A stretch of 64,000 nt of DNA, from assembly GCA_951406725.2 (NCBI GenBank), contig OX597821.1, forward strand, positions 46,562,001-46,626,000. The letters are read 5' to 3'. This DNA comes from Octopus vulgaris. Lineage: Eukaryota. Each line of letters begins with the position of its first letter. The first letter of the stretch is position 1. Shown here piece by piece: positions 1 to 14,517 of this stretch. Below the pieces are notes generated by a model. That model did no database searches and was not told the origin of the DNA. It was given only the letters and a program-made list of their open reading frames with translations. Made by a program: the position numbers and the translations under genes.

Positions 1-359
1 GTCTCATTGCACCATCACCCCTCACACAGTAGTTATCTCTTTTTGTGAGAACATATTCTTACGATATTGGGATTTTTATTAATTCTCTAACGTATTCATT
101 CCTCTTGAAATATTTTTGTTTTTTCTGTATCTTTATTGTATCGTGTATGTTTAGAAATTGTTATTTTCATATATAAAGGTAATCATATTGCTTCTTCTCT
201 ATTGTTTTCAAATGCTTCTTTTTTTTCTAAGAAGAAAGGCAATCTCACTTCATAACATGAAACTCAATAAGAAAATGAATTTCACGTTACGGTCAGATTT
301 TCAGGAACGCAATACTTCTGTAAAGCGAGGGATTCATATATATATATATTTCGTTTTTG

Positions 360-595
360 GATTTGGTTTGCAAGATTCTTTATATGAGTTCGTGTGTTGA
401 AGCATATTCTGTTGTGTCTGAGAGAGTCATTTTCTTTTTGTGCCTTATAATGTAACACACTCACCGGTAAAATTTCCACTTTTTTCTTATTCTTACTTTC
501 CTAAAATTTTCGTTGCATCTTGCAACCTTTTCAATAGTCTTGAGTGTGTTACATTATAAGGCACAAAAAGAAAATGATTCTCCCCAGACACAACA

Positions 596-596
<1 letters not shown>
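360..596. mobile_element. Probable Penelope-like terminal repeat remnant with about 55-bp inverted arms and a degenerate hammerhead
   Basis: 409-463 is the near-perfect reverse complement of 541-596. The minus strand at 537-501 reads CTA-TTGAAAAG-GTTGCA-AGA-TGCAAC-GAAA-ATTT-TAG. The element abuts (TA)n. Confidence 0.5.
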
Positions 597-657
<61 letters not shown>

Positions 658-1229
658 AAAGAGAGATATGTAAATAGACATACTGTATTCAAAAGATAGG
701 AATTTTAGATTCTATCTGCACATTATAAAAATTGTCCAAAGAAACAAAGATTTTTAGCAGTTATGCAATTAATACATGCCAAGTATCATTATTTCATGTA
801 CTGTTCATAGTGGGAAGACAAAAGTTAGCTACAGTGTCATGAGATACTTCCAGTCTTTTAATAACATTTCTTTGTTTCACAATCATTTTGGTAATTGCTT
901 ATTTCCAATCAATCTTTTAATGTTTTTTAATGTTTTAAATCTGGTGTTGTTTATTTGCAGCAGTAAAATACTATATTGCAATTTACAAATTCGATAAATA
1001 AGGTCAATTTTTTTCAACAGCTCAGATTAATGGACAGCTATATATAAACATAACAGCACTTCTATCCAAACGTTGAAGCTACGATATTAGAGGTCTGTTA
1101 AAATATTTGCAATTGAAAACAATAATACCCAGTTGAAAGCCAATGCATTTGAGTTCATTCTTACACATAAAAAAAAGAAAAAAAATCCGAAGTCACGTTC
1201 GTGATGCTATTCTACCGCCAAGTTTGTCC

Positions 1230-1990
1230 CTAGTATCTAGTTAAGAGGAAGTTATCGCATCCAAAATAATTTTCTCATCATGTACTGGCTATTACTTTAT
1301 CTACTACAGAAGGCCTACCATTTCTCTTACATATGTGGGAATGATGGTTTTAAGCAGGATATTTCTGCAGAAGTGCTAGTGATGCATTGTAAGTGATTAT
1401 GGACATAGAACGCATATCTTTTGCTTTTGCCCTCATTTCAAATATTTGAACCAATACTATCAGGTCAACAGCGCTTAATAGACTGGCAGCTTTATGAAGA
1501 TGAACTCTGTATATTTATTGCCAGAGATTGGCATGAGGCCAGCATACAGGCTAAATTAGATTAGTGGTGTCACCTTCGGTGAATCACCCTGCAAATGAAC
1601 ATATTTTGGTTCACAGCTAGAATTTATTAATTCTACAAATATTCAAACACAGCAAAATGAAATACATTGTTTTTATTGTAATCATTTGTCTTCAATTTAG
1701 AATGGTCAATTGTACTTTTTTCTTAATTTCTAGCTGTTGCAAATAGATGAAATTTGAAATATGGTAGACCTAGTATTTTTCCAAATTGAATGGTAATCTG
1801 CAAATTTACCACAAGCTTTCTACAATAGAAGTTTTGTATCTCACTAAGCACAAAGACCTTGTATTTTGGCGGAGAAGCCTATATTATAGAAATATAGTAT
1901 TGAGGCATCTTCAACTTTTCTAATGATATCATCAGCATAATCGATATGGAATGATTTTAAATGGGGAATTAATCTGCATCTCTGACTCAG
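1230..1990 (-). pseudogene. Highly decayed non-LTR retrotransposon RT fragment (RTE-like)
   Basis: Minus-strand IDYADDII motif near 1925-1948; downstream sequence is riddled with stops and frameshifts. Confidence 0.45.
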
Positions 1991-2455
1991 CTTGTCGGAA
2001 GTTTAGTTCTTGTTCTAAGGATTTTACTACCTTTTCGTGATCAGATGAGACAATCTTCTTAGTGTTAAAAACAAACAAAATATATTTTAAAGACATTTCT
2101 TTCCTTGTGATGAATATATATTTTGTTGCACAGAATAATAATTTTCTAGTGAAAGTCCTTTATTAACCACGTTTTACTTGTATTGAAAGATTAAACAGTG
2201 CAGATTTTTAGTGTCATAACTTAAGAAATAATAAGGATACTATATTCTATTGGAGAAGCTTATTTTCTTTCTATTATTTCACGAATAATTCGCACGAATA
2301 CCGCAAGTAATAATTTGTTATTCAGTCATATTACATTATGTATAATATCGAGATAGTAAAATACTCACACCTGGGAATAAGAGAATCAACACAATTATCA
2401 GATGATAATTGATATAAAGTTAACTTTCTTAAACATTTTGACACATTAAATAACG

Positions 2456-2460
2456 ACAGC

Positions 2461-2497
<37 letters not shown>

Positions 2498-2782
2498 CCA
2501 CCACCACCACCACCATCACCAACAAGAACAAGAAGAAGAAGAACAACAACAGCAACAGCAACAACAACAACAATAACAACAGCAACAATAATGATAATAA
2601 TAATAATAATCCTCTCAGCTATAGGCACGAGGCGTGGAATTCTTGGCGAGGAGTTTGTGAATTATATCTACCACAGCGTTCAACTGGTATTTGAATTTGA
2701 ACTCAGAAGGTTTAAACAGACGAAATGCCGCTAAGAACTTTGCACTGCGTGCTAACGCTTCTGCCAACTTTCTGCCTTAATG

Positions 2783-2861
<79 letters not shown>

Positions 2862-3100
2862 TAATAATCCTTTCTACTATAGGCACACTGCCTGAAATTT
2901 TAGAGGAGAGGGTAGCCGATTATATCGACCTCAGTGTTTCACTGGTACTTAATTTATCAACCCCGAAAAGATGAAAGACAACGTTGATCTTGGCGGAATG
3001 TAAACTCAGAACGTAAAGGCGGACAAAATGCCGCTAGGCATCTTGCCCGGCGTGCTAACTGTTCTGCAAGCTCGCCGCCTTAATAATTATAGTAATAATA

Positions 3101-3176
<76 letters not shown>

Positions 3177-3177
3177 C

Positions 3178-3266
<89 letters not shown>

Positions 3267-3285
3267 AATAATAATAATAATAATA

Positions 3286-3317
<32 letters not shown>

Positions 3318-3360
3318 AATAATAATGATGATGTTGATGATGATGATGATGATTATGATA
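2456..3360. repeat. Trinucleotide microsatellite cluster (CAA/CCA/AAT/ATG) hosting two SINEs
   Basis: Long (AAC)n, (AAT)n and (GAT)n runs are directly visible. Confidence 0.95.
2868..3082 (-). mobile_element. tRNA-derived SINE family A, representative copy (others at about 2611-2778, 7877-8074, 8170-8388, 8410-8538, 9258-9472, 12088-12290, 14690-14800, 17835-18045, 18066-18260, 22358-22530, 22920-23125, 24625-24800, 31075-31200, 40140-40300; one plus-strand copy at 29775-29920)
   Basis: Family head AAGGCGGCGAGCTGGCAGAA with A-box-like and GAGTTCAAATTCC B-box-like motifs, central GCCTTTCATCCTTTCGGGGTCGATAA motif and an (ATT)n tail. Many near-identical copies occur in the window. Confidence 0.85.
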
Positions 3361-4401
3361 AGAAGAATAGTGTACTTATTTACATGTCTTAGTAAATGTT
3401 AACATTCAAGATGTCATACTTATGACGTTATGCTGTTAGTGTTTATATATTAAGTAGGAAATAAAATAAAGAGAAGGTAAACAGCCAGTTGCTCTAATCC
3501 CATGTACATCGTCCAATTAATTCTGTTCTGCTGTTTTATGTGGAGCACGATGTTAGGAACAAAACAAACGTGATTATCAAAGAATTCTGAGAAAGTGCAC
3601 AGACAAACATTATTTTCGTGTTCTGTAGACACAGTATATTAGCAAACGCACAGATAGAAAACAAAATATATACGCCCCGCCACATCCACTGCCACCTCCA
3701 GCACTATCATTTTTTTCAATGTCCAAAAAGACAACAACAAGAAACCAAAAAACTAGAACCAAAAAAGTAACAAAGCAATCGAACAATTGTCATTTAAAGA
3801 ACAACAACAACAACAACAACAAAAGGAACGAAATGTTTATCTGATGTATTCCTGTATTTTTAATATCAGCTGATAAATCAATAGCACTAGTTTTGTAAAT
3901 TACCAAGTCTTTTTATTTTCTAAATTCAACACCGAGTTCTTCGGAAAGAATCCTTCTCAGCAACTAATAATCCACGTTTTCACACAGCCCGACAGAAAAA
4001 AAAAAAAAAAATAGAAAACACTTCAAGAAGGAAAAAAAAAAACAAAACAAAACATTGAATAATCTCTTTATCTCTTCTGTTTGTCGAATTGAGCAGCTCC
4101 ATTGAGGATGTTGGTTGGTTTTTGATGTTGTGTAACAAGAGACGTTCATTCATTATTGAAAGTAAATCAGGATGTACTTGACATGTTGACTACTAAAATG
4201 TTTTAGTTGCAGCTCACCGAATAACTTATTTTCCTTTCTCTTTTTATCTTTTGTCTTTCTGTCTTTCTACTTTTCTCTATCACAGAGGGAGGAGTGTTCG
4301 TGTGTATGCGTAGCTGCATGACTACGTGTGTGTGTGTGCATATGTGTCACCGTGCATATATATATATATATATATATACATATATATGTATGTGTGTACT
4401 C

Positions 4402-4469
<68 letters not shown>

Positions 4470-4599
4470 TTATATATATATGTGCGTGTACTCCCATATA
4501 TATATATATGGGACTACACACACATATATGGATGTCATATTTAATTGCATTATTATTATCATTATTGTTATTATTATTATTAATTATTAATTATTATTA

Positions 4600-4635
<36 letters not shown>

Positions 4636-5367
4636 GAAGCAGAGGGTCTTCTTGAATCGGAACTCTGAGTTTCACGTTACCGATTATTCAAGCGACTGGA
4701 TAAGAGAAGACAATATTGAAGCCAAAATATTTGTAAATACATTGAAATATGAGATTTGGTTGATTGCAGAAAACCATTTGAAAATATGTCCCACATTATT
4801 CTATTCAGCTGTCATACGCACAATACGTGATATATTTTTCTCACGACAAGCGAAAACATATGACATTGCGTATAATATATGCCTTGAGTATAATATGAGT
4901 AAAATACACGAAAGCAAAGAATGTGGATATTATTAAAGAAGTTGCAATTTTAAAACAATATAATGTTTTTTTATCTCGTTATATGAGCATCTATGAGGTT
5001 ATCATAAATTAGTTGGTAGTATTTTAGCAACTAGTAATTGAAAATTCCTCCATAAATACTGATGGAAATCATTTGCATGAAGTAGTTTTGATTTTATTTT
5101 CGGAATCGGAAATGGCTTTAACATGATGTTACACATTTGAGAGTGAAAGATCATGTCTTTTGAGTTTTTAATGTACGTGAAGAAAAGTTCCATCATGATC
5201 AGTTTTTTAATAGTTGCTCTGATATAGAATAATCATCCCTTTATTTTAATGGCTTCAAAAGATGTGATTTTTGTACCTTAGAGAAGTATAACATTCAGTT
5301 ACAACTGTTTGTAAATTTTGATAGATATCAGAATTACTGAATACTTCCATTTTTTTTTCAGTACTTA

Positions 5368-5793
5368 TTACTCTTTTACTCTTTTACTTGTTTCAGTCAT
5401 TTGACTGCGGCCATGCTGGAGCACCGCCTTTTTTAGTCGAGCAAATCGATCCCAGGACTTATTCTTTGTAAGCCAAGTACTTATTCTATCGGTCTCTTTT
5501 GCCGAACCGCTAAGTAACGGGGACGTAAACACACCAGCATCGGTTGTCAAGCGATGTTGGGGGGACAAACACAGACACACAAACACACACACACACACGC
5601 ACACGCACACACACACACACATATATATATATACATATATACGACGGGCTTCTTTCAGTTTCCGTCTACCAAATCCACTCACAATGCTTTGGTCGGCCCG
5701 AGGCTATAGTAGAAGACACTTGCTCAAGGTGTCACGCAGTGGGACTGAACCCGGAACCGTGTGGTTGGTAAGCAAGCTACTTACCACACAGCC
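5368..5793 (-). mobile_element. tRNA-derived SINE family B, near full length
   Basis: Reverse complement of the copy at 50289-50702: tRNA-like head, CORE-like CCTTG(A/G)GCAAGT motif, internal (TA)/(TG) microsatellite and AGTAAAAG tail repeats. Confidence 0.9.
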
Positions 5794-6221
5794 TGGGAAC
5801 GTTCTATTATTAATTGTCTTAAACAGCATATTTCCTGCATAATGGATTTGCTATAATTTGAACGATTATCATATATTAAAAAAAACCCTCCCAGCTATTT
5901 TCAACACAAAAATTTGCTTAATAATAACTATTTTTCTTGGTACAAGGTTATCATGTTATTTTGCTAGTGAATATATAATGTGTGTGTGTGACTACTATGT
6001 GGAGCATTTCCCAAAGGATCGCAACCAATCGTATCATGTTCCAATGAGTTTACAACAGTTTTTAGGAAATTTATTATCACGCTGCTTCTCTACTGCAATC
6101 GTTTGAATTAATAGGCAACGTTAAATTCAAAGTTACGATTCAATAAGCACCAGCTTCAATAATAATAAAAAAAAAGAAAACTCGCTCTACTTGATCTTAG
6201 TTACATACATAATTTCTCATT

Positions 6222-6700
<479 letters not shown>

Positions 6701-8071
6701 ACACACAAATTCATAGATAGCCTGGTGTTTTGTAATGATCTATACGAGTTAATATGAGCATTTTATCGTATGGTCATTTATATGTATTTTATGCATGTGT
6801 ATGTAAAGGTCTAGACATTTTCACACATGTTGCCACACTCGCACACTCACTCACGCACACACACACACACGCGTGAATACATACACTTACATACACACTG
6901 TCGCTTCTTTTGCAGTTATATATATTTCAACAGTAATGACGACGAGCAAAACATTGGCTCTTGTTATGTCTATACTGCAAGCCGTATGAAGCAATGATTA
7001 GGGAGGGGTCCATTAGGAGTAATGTTTCAGGCGAGAAACACAAACCGCTTTATCCAGTCTTTGTAATTTTTAGCCTTAAATTTTTTTTTTTATCTGCAAC
7101 TTGATTTGATTTGCGTCCACAAGGACCACTGTTTGGGATGGAGTTGTTTGACCTCATGATATAAAGACTTCTTTTTTTAAGAGCATTTATATTCATTTTG
7201 ATTGTCCTGAGCTACTGAGAAAGACATCGTTCAAAGCAAATTGAGTTTAAGTCTTAATTTGCAGAGTTTCTCCAGTTTTCATTTGCCAAAGAAGAGATGA
7301 ATATACAATGTATATTGTACTTACGCAACAAGTAGTTCCAGTTTATTGCAATATTTTTTGTCATTGTATCAATTGCTTTAAAAGCACTTTTCCATGATCC
7401 TTTTTTTGTTTTTCGCTGATTTAGTTTCTCATTTCTGTTGCTTTGTTTAATAGTGGAACTTTAGATATGAGAGACCAAATTGCACAATCTACGATGGAAT
7501 AAAAGAAAAAAGAAACAACTTTGTGTCTGTTTTCACTATTTGATTTTGTTCCCCAGTGTTGACTCCCAAAAAATATGAAGAAAAAAAGAATCTAGTGAAA
7601 ATAAATTTACATTATTTTGCTTGTGTTGTTAATTCATTGGGAAAAGCATGAGCCTTGACAGGTCATGTAAACGTACTGAGAATTATCCCATGCGAATTAG
7701 CATACAAGACATCCGCAATCATATTTTACAGTATACCGTACAAAGTCAGGAGATCGTTGCACGTCAAATTGGTCTATGTAGAGAAGAACAGTGTAAACAT
7801 GATATGGCTAAGTTATGGATAATGATGATGATGATAATAATAATGATAATAATAATAATGATAATAATAATAATAATCCTTTCTGATTTTGAGAGGGAAG
7901 GGGTAAGTCGATTACATCGATATCAGTGCTCCACTGGGATTTATTGTATCGATCCCTAAAATATGAAAAGCAACGTCAACCCTGGCGGAATTTGAACTCA
8001 GATCATAAAGCCAGAAGAAACGCCGCTGACTATTTTTTCCGGCGTATTAACGATTCTACCATTTCACCGCT

Positions 8072-8106
<35 letters not shown>

Positions 8107-8107
8107 C

Positions 8108-8145
<38 letters not shown>

Positions 8146-9207
8146 TAATAATAATAACAACAACAACAGAGATTGTTTCGAAATTTGGCACAAGGCCAGC
8201 AATTTTGAGGAGAAATTGGTAAGTTGATTAGTCCGAATTAGTACTTGACTGGTACTTATTTCGTCGCCCCCGGATAGAAGAAAGGGAAAGTGACCATGCC
8301 GGGATTTAAACTCTCAAAATGTAAAGAGCTCTGATTCCCTCGTGAAACTTAGTCCAACGCTTTAATGATTCTGCCAATCTACAACACCAATAATAATAAT
8401 AATAATAATGGTTTCAAATTTTGGCACAAGGCCAGTAATTACGAGGGAGGGGGTCAATCTATTACATCGACCCCAGTATTCAACTGGTACTTATCTTATC
8501 GACCTCGAAATGATGAAAGGCAAAGTCAACCTCGACGAATAATAATAGTAATAGAAATAATGATAAACACACTCCCTTTATTAGGTATGAAGAATTATGA
8601 TTGGGAGGGAAAATCTCACGTTTGGGCTTTCCTCATGGTTATATTATGAAGGTAAAAGGGATCTTAACTTGAAATCAAAACGAGATCGTGGACTGAATTT
8701 GCCGAAAGCTTTCAGCTTCAGCATTTTTCCTGATATAGTATCAACATGAACGTATATAATTGTTAGCCCTTACATTTGGCATGATGTCTGAGATTTGAAG
8801 AGGATAGAAAAGAAAATCAAAAGCTGAGGTTTATGCTTTTCACAAAGGTATTAACTGTAGCTCAGGTTTCTAGTTCTGCACCCGAGACAAACTTCAATGA
8901 ACAGTGCCCTCTTCGTTTCTTGGCTTAATAAATATATCAAAATCTGTGTAGAGAGGCATACGTAGCTTAACTTTCTCCAGCTTCTGCATTCCAGTGTATC
9001 TGGCCCTCTCCAGCTGCTCTGTCTAATGCTCTGTGAAAGAGCATTGACGACGCAAATGAAATCAAACGATTCCAACTATGAATCGAAACCTATTCACTGA
9101 CTGGGCTCGCCGGAATGTTAGCTCTACTCGCTGGCGCAGTAGTAGTAGTAGTAGTAGTAGTAGTAGAGGAAGAAGAAGGAGTAGAAGATAATGATCATAA
9201 AATATTC

Positions 9208-9242
<35 letters not shown>

Positions 9243-9687
9243 CATAATAATAATAATGGTTTCAATTTTTGCCACAAGGCCAGCAATTTCGGTGGAGGGG
9301 TAAGTCGATTACATCGATCCCAGTGCTTTACTGGTACTTATTTTATCGATTTTTTAAGGATTAAAAGGATAAAGTCGAATTTGGTGGTATTTGAACTCAG
9401 AAAGGTAAAAACGGACGAAATGTCGCTACGCATTTTGCCCTACGTGCTAACGATTCTGCCAGCTCACCACCTCTATAATATTGATAATAATAATGATAAT
9501 AATAATGATAATAATAATAATAATAGCCATCATATGAAAAGTGGTGTAAAGAAATATTTAAAATGAAGTTAATTCAATTTGAATTAGAGATGATGAATGA
9601 CTTACGAAGAAAATGTTTTCTTTCTCTGTCGGAAAGGGAAGTCAAATTCACTGATATGATTAAACAGCATACATCCTTTCCATCCCT

Positions 9688-9890
9688 TGTATGTATGTAT
9701 GTATGTATATATGTATGTATGTATGTATGTATGAATGTATGTATGTGTATATGTATGTATACATGTATGTATACACGTATGTATGCATGTATGTATGTAT
9801 ATGTGTATGTATGCATGTACGTATGTACGTATGTATGTACGGAAGTAGGTATGTATGCATGCATGCATATATATATATATATATATATTG

Positions 9891-9926
<36 letters not shown>

Positions 9927-10003
9927 TACACATACATATATACATATACATACATATATACATATACATGCATATATATATATAAACATATATATATATA
10001 CAC

Positions 10004-10092
<89 letters not shown>
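9688..10092. repeat. (TATG)n/(TA)n compound microsatellite immediately 3' of the BMI1-like stop codon
   Basis: Directly visible, starting about 170 nt past the TAG in transcript direction. Confidence 0.95.
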
Positions 10093-10093
<1 letters not shown>

Positions 10094-10261
10094 TCATAGC
10101 AGGTTCCTCGAATAGTTATTTACATGTTGTGCAGAACACCGAACTGGGTACAAAATGGTATTCCAGTTCCTACACCAGTGACTGTGATTAAAAAAAAAAC
10201 AAAAACAAAAAAAAACAAAGAAATTCTCAAGGAGCGTCGCCTCAATATGTTTCATCGCCAG

Positions 10262-11131
10262 CTATGACGTCACAGATAAGGCATCCGTCATTGGCTCAGT
10301 TTTAACAATCACATTTTCATCATGGCCATTTAGAACTTGTCCATTAAATACTAATTCTTTGAAATCTTTTGGCCTTTCGTATTTCTCATCCTCGGGCATT
10401 TTGAAAGTAATATTTTGGTTGTCAACCATAGCAGCAGCGGCGGCAGCAGTAGCAGCAGTTGTCAACTGAGTACTCTTCACTTCCAGTGTCGATGCCGTTG
10501 TGCTGCTGGTGGACGAGGAAGCCACTTTTGTACAAGATGGTGAGGTCAATATTGCGGTTGTTGGGTTCAGAGCATTGGATGGAACGTTGCTTGCACTGAC
10601 GACGTTATTAATAGAAAGAGCAGTCGCACCGCTCGACATTGTTGCTCTGGGTGATGCTGCTGCTGCTGCTGCCGCCGCTGCTGCTGCTGCTGCTGTTGTT
10701 GTTGTTGAATTTGTAGCGCTGCTAATGATAACTGAAGCTATGCTTGAATTGTGAGATGCATTCTTGCTCGAATGGCTGCCGTTCCCGCTGTTGTTGCAAT
10801 TATTTTTGTTGCTGTTGCTGCTGCCGTTTTTATTGTTGATGTTACTACTATTCTTATTGTTCTTAATGTTGTTCTTGTTATTGCTACTGCAGTTTGAGCT
10901 GCTCCCGCCACTACAGCCACCAATGCTACCACCACTTCTAGCTGACTCTTTCACTGTCTCGCTGTCGGATTTATCACCGTTCTGAGCTGGGTGCGGAATG
11001 GACGTTGCAACGTAGTGAGTATTAGTTGAAGTGGAGGTCGGACTAGTGACATCAAGCTCTCTAGGTTCTGAAAACTTGATACGCTTGGCTGGATTCTCAT
11101 AGACACTATAAAATAGTCGAAGTGGACCTTT
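10262..11131 (-). CDS. BMI1: BMI1/PCGF-like terminal coding exon (870 nt including TAG): end of RAWUL, NLS and low-complexity C-terminal tail
   Basis: tttttgcag|AAAGGTCCA starts KGPLRLFYSVYENPAKRIKFS, matching BMI1 [21 protein letters not shown]. The frame stays open for 289 codons to TAG at 10264-10262; the tail is S/T/N/A-rich with a 13-Ala run. Confidence 0.92.
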   Translation of the reverse strand, partial: KGPLRLFYSVYENPAKRIKFSEPRELDVTSPTSTSTNTHYVATSIPHPAQNGDKSDSETVKESARSGGSIGGCSGGSSSNCSSNNKNNIKNNKNSSNINNKNGSSNSNKNNCNNSGNGSHSSKNASHNSSIASVIISSATNSTTTTAAAAAAAAAAAAASPRATMSSGATALSINNVVSASNVPSNALNPTTAILTSPSCTKVASSSTSSTTASTLEVKSTQLTTAATAAAAAAMVDNQNITFKMPEDEKYERPKDFKELVFNGQVLNGHDENVIVKTEPMTDALSVTS

Positions 11132-11778
11132 CTGCAAAAAGATGGAAAACGTGATTAAGTATTATTTGCATTAAACGTTCAAATACTTTAAATACATGCG
11201 TGATTTTTGTCCAAATGATAGAATGTATTTTGAAAGCAAAATTCGAAAACAAATATTACAGTATTTATAACTCTCCGAGCAATACGTGTCTTAGGCGAGA
11301 CACACACATACATAGACACATGATATACACACATTGAGATGTACATACTTGCAAGCACTCCGTAATACAATAAGAAAGTATCGTCATAGCAAACCACATC
11401 CAATAACAAATCATGATGTTATTGTTAAGTTCCGGGTCAAAACAGAACGAGCAGATCTATGATCAAAGACATTCCAAACCTAACCATTTTTTTTGTATAG
11501 CTAAGAACACTGTTTTTCTTTTAGAAAACGGAAGAATATTCCTTTTCCAATTCTTTCAGTTTGACGAGCATCTAGAGGTACAGAATATTGTGTTTCATAC
11601 AGTAATTTCTCGAAAGTGTAAAAGGTACTTTGGAAGAGAATGAATATTGACCAGTCTTTCCTAAAGACACTTTTGACGTAAATAAAATGAAGTAGCTTCT
11701 TCAGAGAACAAGAGAGACTGTATCACATATCTGCTCATCGAAATCATACCTCATCACTTTTGAGTGATAATCACATTA

Positions 11779-11977
11779 GGCGCAGGAGTGGCTGTGTGGC
11801 AAGTAGCTTACTTACCAACCACATGGTTCCAGGTTCAGTCCCACTGCGTGGCACTTTGGGCAAGTGTCTTCTACTATAGCCTCGGGCCGACCAAAGTCTT
11901 GTGAGTGGATTTGGTAGACGGAAACTGAAAGAAGCCCGTCGCATATATGTTTATATATACATATATGCGACGGGATT

Positions 11978-12049
<72 letters not shown>

Positions 12050-12085
12050 ATATTTATGTGTATGTTTATGTGTCTACCTCATTGC
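11779..12085 (+). mobile_element. SINE family B, 5' half
   Basis: GGCGCAGGAGTGGCTGTGTGG... is nearly identical to the 50289 copy up to the internal microsatellite. Confidence 0.88.
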
Positions 12086-12399
12086 TTAAGTGATACTTAT
12101 TTCATCGACTCTAAAAGAATGAAAGGCAAAGTTGACCTGAACAGAATTTGAATTTAGAACATAAGGATGGTCGAAATGCGTGCTAAGGCTTTTGCCAGTT
12201 CGCAAATTGGTTCTGATTTAGGTACAAGGCCAATTGTTTTAAGGAGAGGAGATTAGTCGATACCATCAAGTACTGAGTTGATGTACGGTATGTTTCAATT
12301 TCGTCTTATGGTGGTTGTCAGCCTCCATTAGTAACGCTTCTTTCATAAACACACCGGTGGTTATATCATCTTATCACCTTAGTACTCTTTGCACTGCAA

Positions 12400-13350
12400 T
12401 GCCAGACGATAGAAATCGTGTCACAACTACACTAAAGAGGCTGGACCCTCAGATGAACATCTCCCGTACGGCAAATGTCCCACTGACGGGTGCTACGTCA
12501 TTCAACTACTGCAGCCAGGATTATTACGAGAAGGGCGTTTCAAAGCAATGGAATGCTATCATAGGACTGATTCTGACAAATTAGGATATAGGGAAAATGC
12601 ATAAAATGTAGATAGAGCGAAATATTTCCTGTCACCGTACAAACACCTCTAAATAAAAAATGAGAAAAGAAGACTCCCAGTTGGAGGTAAAGGAGGTCGT
12701 ATGGAAATTGAAAGGCGGAGAATATGGCTGCATAGAAGATGAAATGTTATAAAATTTAATAAGAAATAGCAGATACATCAATGAATCATCAGAAGGAAAG
12801 AAGAAGCAGTCAGGATGAATGTAACTTTCACTATGGAAAGAAATTATATTACAGAGTTGGAAAAGAGCTTGTTTTAACGATTAAATGAGACAAGAAATAT
12901 GGATAGAAGAAATCGCCAGCTTTCAGAAGAACTGAAACTATAAAGCGACATATAACAGTAAAGAAACTGTATAAATTATTAGAAGAACTCAAAGTTGGGA
13001 ATATAGCATACATAAAATGGTTTTATATACTGTGCAGCCTGTTACGGTAAAAAAGTTTTGAGGTGAAAAATTAAGAAAATAAAAGTAGTGGTAAAAGAGA
13101 CTTGAGAATCAAGGTGAGCGGTCCAATAAAGAATTTGGAAAGATAAATGCAAGATGGCAAAGGAAAGACAAAAGTGGGAACTCCAAAGAAATTACAAGTC
13201 ATACAGAATGTTATAGGTTGCTAAAGAAGAGGTAAGGCAAAAAATTAAGACAAAACCTAATACAAGATACCAACAAAATATATATATAGCAGGATCAGCA
13301 CAACAGTCTCTTTAGAAACGGAAAAGGCAAGTTTATCAACGGCTGAACAA
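12400..13350 (+). pseudogene. Decayed N-terminal ORF region of an R4/Dong-like LINE
   Basis: Purine-rich degenerate coding sequence with a GYRENA/GYRKRM-like and a TNK-IY-AG-like remnant; ends at (AAT)n. Confidence 0.35.
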
Positions 13351-13374
13351 TGGGTATGAATAATAATAATAATA

Positions 13375-13830
13375 AGATGGGCTACAGCAAATATTCTGCT
13401 CAATACCACAGATTTGCTTGTCAGTTGTTTGACCTTAACCAGTTGAGCATGTCCCTTAGTGGCTGACGATATGTGCATCTCTGATCACGAGCAGAAGTAG
13501 TGGGGGAGCATCATAGACATGCGTTGAGAGGGATTCTTTGGGGTTTGAATAGTTCACCTCTGGAAACATGGGTGGTTCTTTCAACATCCTTAAACAACCC
13601 TTAATCAGGGACCGTTTGAGCGGGATGGGCTACTCAACCTGAAGAAAATTCTAACTGGGCCCCACCTGCAAGGTCATGTGCTGTTTATCTTGATATGAGA
13701 TCACCATGTCGCGCACATATGGTTGTGATGCATGTGTCCGGTGTACCTTTATCAGACGGGTAGTCATGATGGGTATATTGGGCTTCGTATATTTTACCCC
13801 AGTGTCACATTTCCAACTGCTCTCTCACTC
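13375..13830. mobile_element. Dispersed about 450-bp repeat family F (second copy about 23950-24465), embedded in (AAT)n
   Basis: Two highly similar copies (AGATGGGCTACAGCAAATATT...CTGCTCTCTC), each bounded by AAT/ATG microsatellite; no ORF. Confidence 0.85.
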
Positions 13831-13892
<62 letters not shown>

Positions 13893-14517
13893 GAAGAAGA
13901 AGAAGAATAAACTACTTGCTTTATCTTATTAAAGAATAGTAGTGGAGCTATCTTCATGGTGGATTCAGTCAATATCTGGACCCGTCCAATTATGACAGCA
14001 GCTACTCAACAAAACCCCAAAAGTCAGCAATACTGGCGCACTATTTGAATACGTGCAATAAGCTTGCGTTATGGACATTTCCTACAGGTAGCGCTTCCCT
14101 GTCTTTAGAGTTATTTTAAAACTAGTTCCGTTCCTCAGTAGTATTACCAGGGCAAGGAAATTAGCAAGGAAGTTATCCACAGTGACACCCGGACTTATGT
14201 ACATCCGAAATAGATTACCGAGCTTATCGGCAACAGCTTCCCCGAAAACTTCATAGCTCTTACCCACTGATTATCCCTTGTATTTTCTTGAAGTGGAACT
14301 TTCACCAACTACATTACGTAACTGGTAAAGGAAATTAAGTGCCTAACATTCTAGATACAAAGTGCACAATCTTGGTTCTCTTTCGTCCCAGAAATGCGGA
14401 AAAGTGTGACTTACAAATAGAGATCAAACTTGTTCACTTTCCAAGTATCTCTGCCGGTGGCGTGACCTCAGCGCATGTCTGTGCATTAGAAGCCAGGATG
14501 TTCCTAACCAACTATCC

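Noticed and set aside
10500-10985. Plus-strand Leu/Ala-rich ORFs
   Set aside because: Antisense shadows of the BMI1-like terminal exon.
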